Virus record (IMG/VR): IMGVR_UViG_3300021168_000016
Coordinates: 32,001 to 96,000 of that record
DNA length: 64,000 bases
From: a virus
Direction: 5' to 3' (one strand)
Shown: positions 63,872 through 64,000 of the stretch, one piece after another
Layout: each line of letters begins with the position of its first letter
How positions within the stretch are numbered: the first letter of the stretch is position 1
The notes under the pieces: model-generated
What the model saw: the letters and a program-made list of their open reading frames with translations, nothing else
Database searches by the model: none
What the model was told of the DNA's origin: nothing
Program-made: the position numbers and the translations under genes

Positions 63872-64000
63872 ATCTTACTGGGATCCGGTTCACGCCCATC
63901 ATGGTATCGAGTATCATATACCTTCCCAGTAGATTGTGGTTTAGGCGGAGTGTTAGGAGTAACGTCCTGCTGTGCATCCGCAGGATTCTTATGCGATGAT

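Noticed and set aside
1-64000. Stop-codon reassignment
   Set aside because: Conserved genes (TerL, portal, helicase, ATPases) are full length in the standard code, and all three stops are used at coupled junctions

Overview
A 64 kb slice of a large tailed dsDNA phage genome. The host is possibly Acidobacteria-like or another exosortase-encoding Gram-negative; this is inferred only from a PEP-CTERM protein and a secreted SPIILD-type protein. Bases 1-20,000 are a minus-strand head and packaging module: TerS, TerL, glycosyl/methyltransferases, portal, Mu gpF-like protein, prohead protease/scaffold, and a major capsid protein with a CFI-box-CTERM-like tail, followed by an HNH gene. About 20.7-27.2 kb is a divergent, RNA-structure-rich control region. 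From 27 kb on is a long plus-strand early/middle region of small ORFs with two AAA+ ATPases, an SNF2-like helicase, HNH/GIY-YIG nucleases and a tandem paralog array. The standout is a stand-alone Cas7/RAMP-like gene (50902-51555) followed by three non-coding units of strict 5-nt period (RAT-NN)x16-18, separated by an identical 24-nt hairpin linker. A separate orphan (GGY-NN)x16 unit lies at 17927-18006. Read as codon positions 1-2 with the wobble base skipped, the NN dinucleotides of two units spell homologs of their neighbouring genes (SLL[D/E]LGYTV[D/E]PG vs own SLLGLGFTIEPG; LT[Q/H]KLFGR vs own LTSKLFGR). This fits a gapped-code RNA-guided (VIPR-like) system aimed at related phages. Other leads: a ~1.1 kb candidate structured ncRNA, an ARC/Mpa-like ATPase with two Pup-like small proteins, and a pseudoknotted ~205-nt RNA. 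All family assignments are by-eye motif recognition, not database searches.
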